The notes beneath the pieces are model-generated. The model worked only from the letters and a program-made list of their open reading frames with translations. It searched no databases and was not told the origin of the DNA. 64,000 nucleotides of DNA. It comes from an uncultured Acidimicrobiaceae bacterium (lineage in GTDB: Bacteria > Actinomycetota > Acidimicrobiia > Acidimicrobiales > Palsa-688). Positions 49,651 to 59,327 of this stretch are shown in pieces; position 1 is the stretch's first letter, and each line of letters begins with the position of its first letter. Location: positions 403,245 to 467,244 of the forward strand of contig CAVWFC010000010.1 in the NCBI GenBank assembly GCA_963754115.1. Reading direction: 5' to 3'. The position numbers were made by a program, and so were the translations under genes.

Positions 49651-49741
49651 CCGGTCATCGACAGCTCTCCGGCGACAGGACGGTTGCGGTCGCCAGTCCG
49701 GTCGACGCGCGGCAGCGCGACGGGTATATAAGTCTGAGAGC

Positions 49742-50185
49742 ATGAGCGGCTTCGAGCTCGGGACCGACGGGCCTCAGGTGATCGTGACCGGCGTCGACGG
49801 CTCGCGCACCTCGTTGCGGGCCGCCGCCTACGCGGCGGGCTTGGCGCGACGTCAGTCGGCCCGCCTGTTCGTTGTGTATGTCCGATCAACGCCGCCACTG
49901 GCAGCCCTCGCTCCCATGGGCATCGGGTCGATGCACCTGGCGCAGGACGAGGCCACTGCCGAATTGCGGGACCGCGTGTTGGAAGGCGGCGCCTTGATCG
50001 GAATGCCAATCGAGTTCGTTACCACCGAGGGTGACGCTTTCACCGAGCTGGTCAGGGTGGCGGACGAAGTTCGTGCGGATGCCGTGGTGGTGGGCGCGTC
50101 GACCCAGGCGGGTCATCGCGTTATCGGTTCGATCGCCGTCCGCCTGGTACGGGCCGGGCGGTGGCCCGTTATCGTCGTCCCGTAG
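49742..50185 (+). CDS. universal stress protein family protein
   Basis: VIVTGVDGS...A...A, and a C-terminal VVVGASTQAGHRVIGSIAVRLVRAGRWPVIVVP (USP ATP-binding G-2x-G-9x-G(S/T) type). Confidence 0.8.
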   Translation: MSGFELGTDGPQVIVTGVDGSRTSLRAAAYAAGLARRQSARLFVVYVRSTPPLAALAPMGIGSMHLAQDEATAELRDRVLEGGALIGMPIEFVTTEGDAFTELVRVADEVRADAVVVGASTQAGHRVIGSIAVRLVRAGRWPVIVVP

Positions 50186-50277
50186 GGACGGACCGCTTGG
50201 CGGCCCTGCGCCGCTGTTCGGGTCCGCTCCGGCGGGTCACCCACGGGTGCCCTGGGCTGCCATAGGATCGCGGCGCC

Positions 50278-51735
50278 ATGACTCGTCGCCCGACTTCGAC
50301 GTCGGCGTTCGGCGTGTCGAGGCGTGAGAGCCACGACGCCAGCGGGTTTTACCGGCGGTTCACGCCGCCCGTGCTGTCGACGGACGACCGGGTCGCTCCG
50401 CACCGGTCGCTGGACAAGCTCATCGTGGGCGATGCCCGCCGGATGGAAGAGGTGCCCGATGCATCCGTGGCCCTGGTCGTCACCTCCCCCCCCTACTTTG
50501 CGGGCAAGGAGTACGAGTCGTCGCTGGGCGAGCGTGGCGTACCGGCGACGTACTTGCAGTACCTCGGCCTTTTGCGGGACGTTTTCTCGGAGTGCGTGCG
50601 TACGCTCGAGCCGGGCGGCCGCATCGCCGTAAACGTGGCCAACCTCGGACGCCGGCCGTACCGTTCGCTGTCGGCCGACGTCATCGGCATCTTGCAGGAC
50701 GACCTGCGCCTGCTCCTGCGCGGAGAGGTCATCTGGCTGAAGCAGAAGGGCTCGGCCGGGTCCTGCGCGTGGGGCAGTTTCCAGCGCCCCGGCAACCCTG
50801 TGCTCCGCGACCTCACCGAACGGGTCGTGATTGCCAGCAAAGGGCGGTTCGACCGCGCCGTGCCGGCCGGGGTACGCGCACGCTGTGGGCTGCCTTCGGT
50901 GCCTTCGATGACGCGCGAAGACTTTATGGAGGACACCCTTGACGTCTGGGAAATACCGGCTGAGAGCGCGACCCGGGTCGGTCACCCCGCCCCTTTCCCG
51001 GTGGAGCTACCGGCTCGGCTCATAGACCTGTACACCTACCGGGGCGACCTCGTACTGGACCCCTTCGTCGGGTCCGGCAGCACTGCCGTTGCCGCACTGC
51101 GCTCAGGCCGGCACTATGTGGGTTACGACCTCGACGAGGCCTACGTAAACCGGGCCGAAGAACGCCTGGCCCAAGAGCAACAACGGCCTGCCGGCGGCTC
51201 CCGACCTGGCTATTCGCCGGGCGGCCCGTCCGCGGGGAACGAGGTGGTCGCGCCGGCGACGGCGGGCGATATCGTGAGCCTCCACGCCCGCGCCATTGAA
51301 GACGGACGGGCGGCCAAGGAAATAGCCGGTTCGGTCATCGCTGCGGCCGGCTTTGCCAATGTACAAAAGGACCAGCGTCAACCCGGTGGCGTCGAGGTCG
51401 ACTTCGCCGCTCGAGACCGGACGGGAAAACTTTGGCTTTTCGACCTGGCCGGAGGGTTCACGACTTACCGGGGCGGCCTCAAGAGGGCTGACACGCTCTG
51501 GAAAGCGCTGGGCAAAGCGGCCGTACTCTACGAGGTAGGCGGACCTGCTCTCGTATTGCTAACGACCGACCTACCTGACGCAAATAGCAGCGGAGCCCAA
51601 GCGCTCCGCAAAGCAACGGGCCCCGGAAGACCGGTCTTTGCCGTGGTCGAAATCCTTCTGCCGTCCGGGCTCGAAGAGCTACAGGGCATCTCCAGCGGCC
51701 GCCGGCCACGCCTCAGCCGGTACGACGTGAGGTAG
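50278..51735 (+). CDS. site-specific DNA methyltransferase (beta class, N6_N4_Mtase; SPPY motif IV suggests N4-cytosine type) fused to a ~170-aa C-terminal domain of unknown function
   Basis: Motif IV VVTSPPYFAGKEY precedes motif I DPFVGSGSTAVAA (beta-class order), with HPAPFPVELP in between. The C-terminal 170 aa (VEVDFAARDRTGKLWLFDLAGGF...) has no motif I recognise. Confidence 0.8.
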   Translation: MTRRPTSTSAFGVSRRESHDASGFYRRFTPPVLSTDDRVAPHRSLDKLIVGDARRMEEVPDASVALVVTSPPYFAGKEYESSLGERGVPATYLQYLGLLRDVFSECVRTLEPGGRIAVNVANLGRRPYRSLSADVIGILQDDLRLLLRGEVIWLKQKGSAGSCAWGSFQRPGNPVLRDLTERVVIASKGRFDRAVPAGVRARCGLPSVPSMTREDFMEDTLDVWEIPAESATRVGHPAPFPVELPARLIDLYTYRGDLVLDPFVGSGSTAVAALRSGRHYVGYDLDEAYVNRAEERLAQEQQRPAGGSRPGYSPGGPSAGNEVVAPATAGDIVSLHARAIEDGRAAKEIAGSVIAAAGFANVQKDQRQPGGVEVDFAARDRTGKLWLFDLAGGFTTYRGGLKRADTLWKALGKAAVLYEVGGPALVLLTTDLPDANSSGAQALRKATGPGRPVFAVVEILLPSGLEELQGISSGRRPRLSRYDVR

Positions 51736-51744
51736 AACATTTGC

Positions 51745-52227
51745 ATGGACGAGCTCAGCGCCAGCGCCAACCGCGTCGCCGAAGAACTCCTGCGCCTGGG
51801 GGTTGCCGGCCAGGTCCGGGAGATGCCGGACAGCACGCGGTCGGCTGCAGACGCAGCCGCGGCATTGGATTGCAACATCTCCCAGATCGTGAAGTCGCTG
51901 ATCTTTCGTTCCCTCGACCGCGACGAGCCGGTTCTGGTCCTTGTATCGGGTGCCGACCGGGTCGACGAGGCCCGCTTGGCCGAGGTGGTCGGGCCTGTCG
52001 AGCAGGCCAAGGGGAAGTTCGTGCGCGACCGCACGGGGTTCGCTATCGGGGGTGTGCCACCGGTTGCGCATTCCGAGCGCCTCGCCACTTATCTCGACGA
52101 GGGCTTGCTCGACCATAGCGTTGTATGGGCGGCGGCAGGCACGCCGAGGGCGGTCTTCCCTATAAATCCCCGGGAACTTGTGCAGGTCACGTCCGCCCAG
52201 GTCGTTACCGTCGCAGTCAGGCCATAG
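51745..52227 (+). CDS. YbaK/EbsC family aminoacyl-tRNA deacylase-like protein
   Basis: IVKSLIF, and GFAIGGVPPVAH with overall YbaK-domain length (160 aa). Confidence 0.8.
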   Translation: MDELSASANRVAEELLRLGVAGQVREMPDSTRSAADAAAALDCNISQIVKSLIFRSLDRDEPVLVLVSGADRVDEARLAEVVGPVEQAKGKFVRDRTGFAIGGVPPVAHSERLATYLDEGLLDHSVVWAAAGTPRAVFPINPRELVQVTSAQVVTVAVRP

Positions 52228-52287
52228 CTCTCAAGCTTTCTGCGCCGTTCGGTTTTGTTGCCCGCCGGTTTGTGACACCATGTCAGC

Positions 52288-53022
52288 GTGAAGGGGACCG
52301 GCGACCTTGTAAGGCCCAGGGTGATCGGGCCAAGGGTGATCGGAATGGTCGGCGGGATGAGCTGGGAATCGAGCGCCGAGTATTACCGGCTGGCCAACGA
52401 GCTGGTCCGTCAGCGCCTCGGGGGTCTCCACTCGGCCCGGCTGGTCCTCGCATCACTGGATTTCGCCGAGGTGGAACGGCTGCAAGTCAGCGGAAAGTGG
52501 GAGCAGGCGGGCGAGATGCTCGCACAAACGGCGAAGTCTCTCGAAGCTGCGGGGGCAGAATTGCTCCTTCTTTGCACCAACACCATGCACAAGGTGGCGG
52601 ATCAAGTACAAGCAGCCGTTTCCGTCCCCATCCTGCACATAGCGGATGCCGCGGCGACAGCCGTACTGCGGGCCGGGCTGAGGACGATCGGGTTATTGGG
52701 CACCGCTTTTACCATGGAACAGGGCTTCTATCGTGACCGGCTTTCCCGCCACGGCCTGGCCGTGCTCGTACCCGGCGCTGAGGACCGGGCCGAGGTGCAC
52801 CGCATAATTTACGAGGAGCTTTGCGTCGGCCAGGTCTTGCCGGCTTCTAAAGAGGTATATAGGGATGTCATTGCCGGTCTCGTTAATGCGGGTGCGGAAG
52901 GCGTCGTGCTTGGCTGTACCGAGATCGAACTGCTCGTGACCCAGGAGGACAGCCCCGTCCGGTTGTTCCCGACGACCCGGCTGCACGTCGAGGCGGCCGT
53001 CGACTGGTCGCTCGGGTCGTAA
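52288..53022 (+). CDS. aspartate/glutamate racemase family protein
   Basis: IGMVGGMSWESS, LLLCTNTMH and VVLGCTEIELL (two catalytic Cys contexts). GTG start; the true start may be slightly downstream. Confidence 0.8.
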   Translation: MKGTGDLVRPRVIGPRVIGMVGGMSWESSAEYYRLANELVRQRLGGLHSARLVLASLDFAEVERLQVSGKWEQAGEMLAQTAKSLEAAGAELLLLCTNTMHKVADQVQAAVSVPILHIADAAATAVLRAGLRTIGLLGTAFTMEQGFYRDRLSRHGLAVLVPGAEDRAEVHRIIYEELCVGQVLPASKEVYRDVIAGLVNAGAEGVVLGCTEIELLVTQEDSPVRLFPTTRLHVEAAVDWSLGS

Positions 53023-53128
53023 TGCCGGCGCACTTACTTCAGCCCCGCTCCCGCTACTGTGGCTCGCGCACCTGCGTAAAACCTGTCTGCCCGCAGCGGC
53101 AAAGGACGATAAAAGGAAAATTTCCGAA

Positions 53129-54565
53129 ATGATGGACTTAGCTGAGGCTGCGGTCGAAGCGTCGCTGGCTGGCGGCGCGCGCTACGCAGACGCCCGGGTC
53201 ATGGTTATTGCCACCGAGTCGATGTCGGCCCAAAACGGCGACATCGAGTCGCTGCACCAGGACGAGCGGGCCGGCGTCGGGGTGCGGGCCCTGATCGGGT
53301 CCTCCTGGGGCTTTGCCGCCACGACCGGGCTATCGGCCGGCGATGCCCGCCGGGCCGGCGAACGGGCAGCGGTGACGAGCCGTGCGTCGGCGAGGGTCGC
53401 CGGGCCTGCTCTCGAAATGCCACCAGTGCCCAGCGTGAGCGGCCACTGGGAGAGCGAGTGCACGGAGGACCCTCTGTCTGTCCCCCTTTCCGAGAAGGGC
53501 GACCTCCTGGTCCTGCTCACCAATTCCGCCCGGGCGGCCGGAGCGCAGCTCGGGAAGGCGAACTACAACATCTGGGACACCTCCAAGTGGTTGGCGACGA
53601 GCGAGGGCAGCCGCATCTCCCAGCGCATTCGCGAGTGCGGCGCTATGGTCTCGGCCACAGCCGTGGGTGACCGGGAAACTCAGGAGCGGTCTTATCCCGG
53701 CATACGGGGGCAGTACGGGACCAGAGGTTGGGAACTGGTCCGGGAGCTCGACCTGCCGGCGAATGCCGTTCGTATCGGGGAGGAGGCCGTCGCGTTATTG
53801 GCCGCCCCCGTCTGCCCGGAGCGACGGTGCGACCTGGTCCTCGGTTCCGAACAGATGGCGCTGCAGATCCATGAGTCAGTAGGCCACGCCACGGAGCTCG
53901 ACCGCATTCTGGGCTGGGAGGCGGCGTTTGCCGGCACGTCGTGGCTCGATCTGCAACAGCTGGGGACGCTCCGATGGGGCTCGGAGCTGATGCAAATAAC
54001 GGCTGATGCCAGCTTGCCGGGAGCTCTCGGGTCCTTCGGGTACGACGACGAGGGCACACCCGCTCATAGCGTCGACATCGTCAGGGACGGTATATGGGTA
54101 GGTGTACTTTCTGGGCGTGACACCGCGGCGCTGGCGGGCATACCCAATGGAGGTATGGTCCGCGCCGATGGCCACAGCCGGATCCCCATGGTCCGCATGA
54201 CCAACATTGGGCTCTTGCCAGGCGACAGTTCCCTTGCTCAAATGATCGCAGAGACCGACGAAGGCATTTACATGGACACGAACCGTTCGTGGTCCATCGA
54301 CGACCGGCGGTTGAACTTCCAGTTCGGTTGCCAGGTGGGGTGGGAGATCAAGGGCGGGAAGTTGGGCCGCATGCTGCGGAACCCGACGTACACGGGCATC
54401 AGCCCTCAGTTCTGGGCTTCCCTCGACATGGTCGGAGGCCCCGCCGAGTGGCAGGCCTGGGGCACCCCCAACTGCGGGAAGGGCCAGCCGCTGCAAATTG
54501 GTCACACAGGTCACCCGGCCGTACCTTGCCGGTTCCGGGACGTGCGGGTGGGAGTGCGGGCGTGA
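53129..54565 (+). CDS. tldD: TldD family metalloprotease
   Basis: HESVGHATELDR (HExxxH) and a C-terminal GTPNCGKGQP region typical of TldD. Confidence 0.85.
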   Translation: MMDLAEAAVEASLAGGARYADARVMVIATESMSAQNGDIESLHQDERAGVGVRALIGSSWGFAATTGLSAGDARRAGERAAVTSRASARVAGPALEMPPVPSVSGHWESECTEDPLSVPLSEKGDLLVLLTNSARAAGAQLGKANYNIWDTSKWLATSEGSRISQRIRECGAMVSATAVGDRETQERSYPGIRGQYGTRGWELVRELDLPANAVRIGEEAVALLAAPVCPERRCDLVLGSEQMALQIHESVGHATELDRILGWEAAFAGTSWLDLQQLGTLRWGSELMQITADASLPGALGSFGYDDEGTPAHSVDIVRDGIWVGVLSGRDTAALAGIPNGGMVRADGHSRIPMVRMTNIGLLPGDSSLAQMIAETDEGIYMDTNRSWSIDDRRLNFQFGCQVGWEIKGGKLGRMLRNPTYTGISPQFWASLDMVGGPAEWQAWGTPNCGKGQPLQIGHTGHPAVPCRFRDVRVGVRA

Positions 54566-55925
54566 CTGACCGGGATCCCGCCGAGCTGGGTAACCGCGTC
54601 ATCGACATCGTCGGAGACCGGGCAGAGGCGGCGGTAAGAGTTACCCGCACGCATTACGGCCTTACTCGCTTTGCCAATTCCTTCATCCACCAGAACATCG
54701 TTGACGAGGGCACCACAGTGTCGCTGCAGTTGTCGGCGGCCGGCCGACCGGCAGCGGCGGTCACGCACCGGACCGACGATCGCTCCCTGGACGCCCTGGT
54801 GGACAGGGCCCTGCAAGCGTCCGCCCTCCTTCCGGTCGACGTGGGCTGGCCGGGGCTGGCACCCGTCGCTCCCGTGGTCGGTGATGGCGACTTGCACTAC
54901 GAAACGACGACGGCGGCCGCCGGCCCAGACGACCGCGCCGACCTCGTGGCCGCCTTCACCGCAGGCGGTAACGGCCTCTCGACGGCTGGTTTTTGTGAGA
55001 CCAGGACCGATGACCGTTTTTTTGCCAACTCGGCCGGTCAAAGAGCCGCCTGTCGCTACACGAGCGCGGCTCTCGATGCCATCTGCCGGGGTGGGGGCGG
55101 AGACAGCGTAGGGGCGACCTACTCCTCCCGGCTCGGCGATATTGATGCTGTTGCCCTCGGCGCCATGGCGGCCGACCGGCCCGGCGAGGGGCAGGGGCGG
55201 TCGAATTGCCGGCCGGCACTTACGAGGTGGTGCTCGAACCCCGCGCCGTGGCCTACGTGCTCGAGTTTTACAGTCTCTACGCCTTCAACGGCAAGGCGGT
55301 CAACGAAAAAAGGTCGTTTATCGCACCCGGCGAAGCCCAGCTGGACCCCGCCGTGAACATATGGGATGACGCCACCGATCCTCGCCAAATTGGGCCTGCG
55401 TTCGACAGTGAAGGTACCCCCAAGCGCAGTACCCCGCTGGTGCAGGGCGGGGTCGTCACGAGCGTCTGTCACGACCGGCGCACGGCTGCCGCGGCGGGCC
55501 CGGGCACCAGCAGCACGGGTCATGCCAACGCCGGTTTCGAGTCGTTCGGTGCGGTTGCGACGAACCTCTTCCTGAACGCCAGTGATGGTAACGGCCGTCC
55601 ACAGGAGGCGCTCATCAGCGAGGTCGAGCGAGGCCTGCTCATAAGCGATCTCTGGTATACCCGGGTGCTCGATCCCAAGACCCTTGTTGTAACGGGGCTG
55701 ACCCGTAACGGGGTGTTCCTGATCGAGCATGGTGAAATTGGACCGGCCGTCACCAATCTCCGCTTCACGCAGTCCTACGCTTCAGCTCTGGCGCCGGGGA
55801 ACGTGCTCGGCGTCGGTTCCAACGGTCAACTGCAAGTCGCCGCTGGAGGTTCGAGGACCGGCACCATGCACGTCCCGAGCCTGCACCTGGCCCAGTGGCA
55901 CTTCACGGGCAACGCGTCGAACTAG
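54562..55925 (+). CDS. pmbA: PmbA/TldE family protein, one apparent frameshift (~55190-55210)
   Basis: GTG 54562 overlaps the tldD TGA (GTGA). N-half is in the frame of ORF 54289..55356; C-half (ELPAGTYEVVLEPRAVAYVL...GLTRNGVFLIEHGEI) is in ORF 55206..55925. Confidence 0.8.
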
Positions 55926-55945
55926 TTGTGCGCCTGGAGAGTGCT

Positions 55946-56754
55946 ATGCGCGTCGACGTCCTGCTGGACACGTTCGGTACGCGTTGGCCGGAGGTACATG
56001 CGGGTGCTGTCGCGGCGGCACGGGCAGGGTTCGACGGCGTCTGGGTAAACGACCATCTGGCGGGTTCGGTTGAGGGTGCGCCGCACGTGCTTGAGTGCTG
56101 GACGGTCCTGTCGGCCCTGGCCGCGGCTGTCCCTGACGTCAGCCTCGGGCCGCTGGTCCTCAACGTGGCCAATCGGGACCCGGGCACTCTTGCTGTTATG
56201 GCCGCCACGCTGCAACAAGTGAGCCAGGGCCGGCTTCTAATGGGCTTGGGCGCCGGCGCACGGGCCGGGACCCGGTACGCCACCGAGCAGGAGGCTCTGG
56301 GGCGCTCGGTGCTTCCCGACGCGGACCGCCGCCGGGGCGTAGAGCTCACAATTGAGACCCTGCGCCGGGTTTGGTCGGGCACTGTGGCTTCAGCGGAAGG
56401 GTTCCTGCGGCCCGAGCCCCCTGTGCCGGTCATCGTGGCCGCCTTCGGGCCCAAAATGGCCGAACTGGCCGGCCGCGCCGGTGACGGGATTCGTGCGCCC
56501 CTGGGGCCGGCGCTGGCCGGACTGGTCGCCGTGGCCCGCGAAGCCTGCTCTCGTTCGGGTCGCGACCCCCAGCGGCTGCTCGTAATGGGAGTGGCATCGG
56601 CGCAGGCGCTCAGGACGCCGCCGGCCGGGCCGGGCTGCACCGTTTGATCGTCCCCGTCGGCGCTCCGTTCGAGAAGCGGCTGTCGGAGTTGGCCGAGATT
56701 GTGGCCCGGTGGAGGGCCGCACGCTCTATCACCACGTGGTCTGGTCCGAATTAG
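55946..56754 (+). CDS. LLM-class (luciferase-like) flavin/F420-dependent oxidoreductase, one apparent frameshift (~56590-56600)
   Basis: GFDGVWVNDHL and GRLLMGLGAG motifs. C-terminus GLHRLIVPVGAPFEKRLSELAEIV is in a shifted frame. SD ggagag before ATG 55946. Confidence 0.7.
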
Positions 56755-56823
56755 CGCGGCACCACATCGGACCATCAGATGGTAGCGGCTCTTAACGCCG
56801 CCGATCGGTGGCCTGCCGGCTGT

Positions 56824-57663
56824 TTATCGGGTGCCCACGCTCCCGAGCCACCTGGCGATGCCGTCGACGTCAAGGCCGCTGAAACGGTAAGCGGTCAGTT
56901 CCCGCGGGGCCGACCGCATGGCGAGAGCGAGCCGGGACGAGAAATCTGGCTCGTCTTTGAGGGCGCCGAGAGGCACTTGTTGGGTCCGGATGGTGAAAAG
57001 GACGCCCTGGGTCAGGGGCAGCGCCGTGAGTGTTTGGCGCTCGCTGCGGAGCCAGTGGTCCTCGGGCGCAACCGCTCCATGGGTGGCTACAAACTGCGGC
57101 GCGTGCAACTCGGGGCTCGAATGCACCATCCAGTTACGCCGCCACACCGAACGGCCGGGCGTCAGCCGGTCCAGGAACCGGTCCACTTTGTCGCCCAGCT
57201 CCTGGGTGTACAAGGGTACCGGGCCATGGATTTGGGCCACCGGGAGGCCCAGTTTGCCGGCCGGAGACCAGTGAGACGGGAAACAGACCACGCCGGCCAC
57301 CATGCGCCAGGCCCCCCGGCGCCGGAGCAGTACAACCAGGTCGTCGGGCACGACCAGCGCGGCCGCCTCCAGTAAGGGTTTTCTCGGCTCGAGCGGTCGG
57401 GCCGCCTGCCGGGCCACCAGGTGCGCCGCCTCCTCCGCGGCGGCGTCGGCTTCGGGGAGCGCAACCGACACGATCGGACGGGCCGAAGTCAACAGCTGAC
57501 GTTTACGCTCCAGGAGCTCAGCGACGTCAGGCCCGTCGGCCTGCACTATCGAGGCCGAGTGGAGTGCACGCGTACCCATGGTGAGCCAGGGCGGTTCGGC
57601 CGGCAAGGTCAGCTCGTTCAACCATTCGGGCGTTCCGGCCGGCACGGCGTGGAACTGTATCAA
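56824..57663 (-). CDS. DUF3445 family protein (heme-dependent oxidative N-demethylase alpha-subunit-like)
   Basis: 279-aa intact ORF. VCFPSHWSPAGKLG...IHGPVP and WRRNW patterns recalled for DUF3445. TTG start assumed from the ORF track. Confidence 0.65.
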   Translation of the reverse strand: MIQFHAVPAGTPEWLNELTLPAEPPWLTMGTRALHSASIVQADGPDVAELLERKRQLLTSARPIVSVALPEADAAAEEAAHLVARQAARPLEPRKPLLEAAALVVPDDLVVLLRRRGAWRMVAGVVCFPSHWSPAGKLGLPVAQIHGPVPLYTQELGDKVDRFLDRLTPGRSVWRRNWMVHSSPELHAPQFVATHGAVAPEDHWLRSERQTLTALPLTQGVLFTIRTQQVPLGALKDEPDFSSRLALAMRSAPRELTAYRFSGLDVDGIARWLGSVGTR

Positions 57664-57680
57664 GGGCGCCCGTGCCGGGA

Positions 57681-57813
57681 GGCCTCAGGTCTGGGAGGAG
57701 GCCTCAGGTCTGGGAGGAGGCCTCAGGTCTGGGAGGAGGCCTCAGGTCTGGGAGGAGGCCTCAGGTCTGGGAGGAGGCCTCAGGTCTGGGAGGAGGCCTC
57801 AGGTCTGGGAGGA
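57681..57813. repeat. perfect 19-nt tandem repeat, 7 copies (ggcctcaggtctgggagga)
   Basis: Unit starts at 57681, 57700, 57719, 57738, 57757, 57776 and 57795, all identical. The period is not a multiple of 3. Unit junctions create the palindrome GAGGCCTC. Confidence 0.97.
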
Positions 57814-58448
57814 GGATTGCCGCTTTCGGGGGCCGTCGCCCTTCCTCGCCCGAACGTGTGGTGTCGGCGCGAAGTCCAGGTTGATCCGGGCGGCCACCGA
57901 TTCAAGCGGGGCTGTGTTGTGGTACGGGCGGGCTACCAGCATCGCTCCTTCGAGGGCGGCGATGATCATTTGCGCCGCTTGGTGGGCCGAGTCGACAAAG
58001 CCGAGAGTGCCGGCCGCTCGACCTGTCTCCAGCAGGGCCGTGAGCCAGGCCTCGTTCTCCTCGAAAAAGGCCACGATGGCCCTGCGCATCGGCGGCGGCA
58101 GAGTGTTGTACTCCGCCGCCAGCATCCCGCACAGGCACATCCGGTCATCTCGGAGAGCCGCCCGGTAAATCTCGCAGTACGCCCGTAACTTTTCTGGGGC
58201 CGCCTTTTCCTGGGCGTCGATCGAGGCCAGCGTGTCCCTGAAACGGGCGGCATAACGGCTTATGAGGCTCTCGCCCAGGGCCCCTTGCCGGAGAAGTGAT
58301 AGTGCAATGCGGCTTTAGTAAGGCCGAGCTCAACCGCTATATCTGCGTACGAAAAACCGTTGAAGCCCCGGGCCTGCACCAGGCGTTCGGCGACGTCGAG
58401 GATGGCCGTTGCAGTGCCCGCAGTCGTCGCGGCACGAGAGCCAGTCAT
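57799..58448 (-). CDS. TetR/AcrR family transcriptional regulator, one apparent frameshift at a G/C run (~58281-58284)
   Basis: HTH region GFNGFSYADIAVELGLTKAALHYHF. Adding one G restores GKGALGESLISRYAARFRDTL...DRMCLCGMLAAEY, in frame with ORF 57799..58140. SD aaggagg lies before ATG 58448. The stop lies inside the 19-nt repeat array. Confidence 0.8.
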
Positions 58449-58478
58449 CGCGACCTCCTTGATCTGCACCCCTTGACT

Positions 58479-58500
58479 CCTTACCTACTAGTAAGTAAGG
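58479..58500. promoter_or_regulatory. 22-bp near-perfect palindrome in the TetR/cupin divergent region (candidate TetR operator)
   Basis: ccttacctact|agtaagtaagg, one mismatch between arms. Located 31 nt upstream of the tetR ATG and 33 nt upstream of the cupin GTG. Confidence 0.5.
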
Positions 58501-58532
58501 ATATTACCTGTTCGCTCTCAAAGGAGGACATC

Positions 58533-58889
58533 GTGGCCCAGGTAACCGAGCACCGCAGTTTCACAGCGGCCGACGAGGTGAGGCAGTTCCCAAACGGCAG
58601 GGCGGAGATTGTAAAGATCGGCGGTTCCGAGATCGGGCGGCTCGTGTTCGAACCTGGTTGGCGGTGGTCGACAGACGTCAAACCTATTGCGGGCACTGAA
58701 AGCTGCACTGCGCCCCACTTCCAGTACCACATCTCGGGCCGGCTGGCTATCCGCACAGACGACGGCACCGAGCTCGTGGCCGGGCCGGGAGACGTCACGT
58801 CATTGCCGAGTGGTCATGATGCCTGGGTCGTCGGTGACGAACCCGTAGTCGTCGTCGACTGGTTCGGCGCCAGCAACTACGCCCGTTAG
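58533..58889 (+). CDS. cupin domain-containing protein
   Basis: GTG start with SD aaggagg. HFQYHISGRLAIRTDDGTELVAGPGDVTSLPSGHDAWV cupin motifs. Confidence 0.75.
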   Translation: MAQVTEHRSFTAADEVRQFPNGRAEIVKIGGSEIGRLVFEPGWRWSTDVKPIAGTESCTAPHFQYHISGRLAIRTDDGTELVAGPGDVTSLPSGHDAWVVGDEPVVVVDWFGASNYAR

Positions 58890-58895
58890 CCGATT

Positions 58896-59234
58896 ATGCC
58901 TGCCCTCGAAGTAGTCCAGGCGTTCGGGGCGGCGTGGGCTGACCATGACCTCGAGGCGGCCCTGGCGTTATTGAGCAGCGATTGCCTATTTGACGCCACC
59001 GGTCCGGCACCGGATGGGGCCAAGCACGTAGGCACGGATGAAATCCGTCGGGCCTGGAAGGAGATCTTCGACGACTCGACGTCGAAGTTCGAGGCCGAGG
59101 AGACTTTTAGCGCCGGCGATCGCGTGGTGCAGCGGTGGCGCTATAGCTGGGACGGCGGGCACGTGCGCGGAGTCGACCTGTTCAGGGTGGCAGACGGCAA
59201 AATCGCCGAGAAGTTGTCGTACGTGAAGGGATAA
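58896..59234 (+). CDS. SnoaL-like / NTF2 family protein
   Basis: 112-aa ORF with VVQAFGAAWADHDLEAALALLSSDCLF and a C-terminal FRVADGKIAEKLSYVKG, typical of SnoaL-like folds. Confidence 0.75.
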   Translation: MPALEVVQAFGAAWADHDLEAALALLSSDCLFDATGPAPDGAKHVGTDEIRRAWKEIFDDSTSKFEAEETFSAGDRVVQRWRYSWDGGHVRGVDLFRVADGKIAEKLSYVKG

Positions 59235-59327
59235 CGGTTTTGGCTTAGGCCGGCTCGCCACGGTTCGCGATCGTTTGCGCGCATTTTGTGTGCATCGCGT
59301 CCAGTGGCCGCGAGATATGGCCTCAGG

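Noticed and set aside
50278-52227. Classical restriction-modification or other defence island around the methyltransferase
   Set aside because: No endonuclease, specificity, helicase/ATPase or integrase genes are adjacent. The neighbours are housekeeping-type (USP, YbaK, racemase). Only the unexplained C-terminal domain remains open.
57681-57813. Considered whether any tandem array (57681-57813, 42705-42781, 6404-6487, 4233-4358) could be a CRISPR array
   Set aside because: The units are directly contiguous with no unique spacers, the periods are 14-19 nt, and there are no cas genes in the window.
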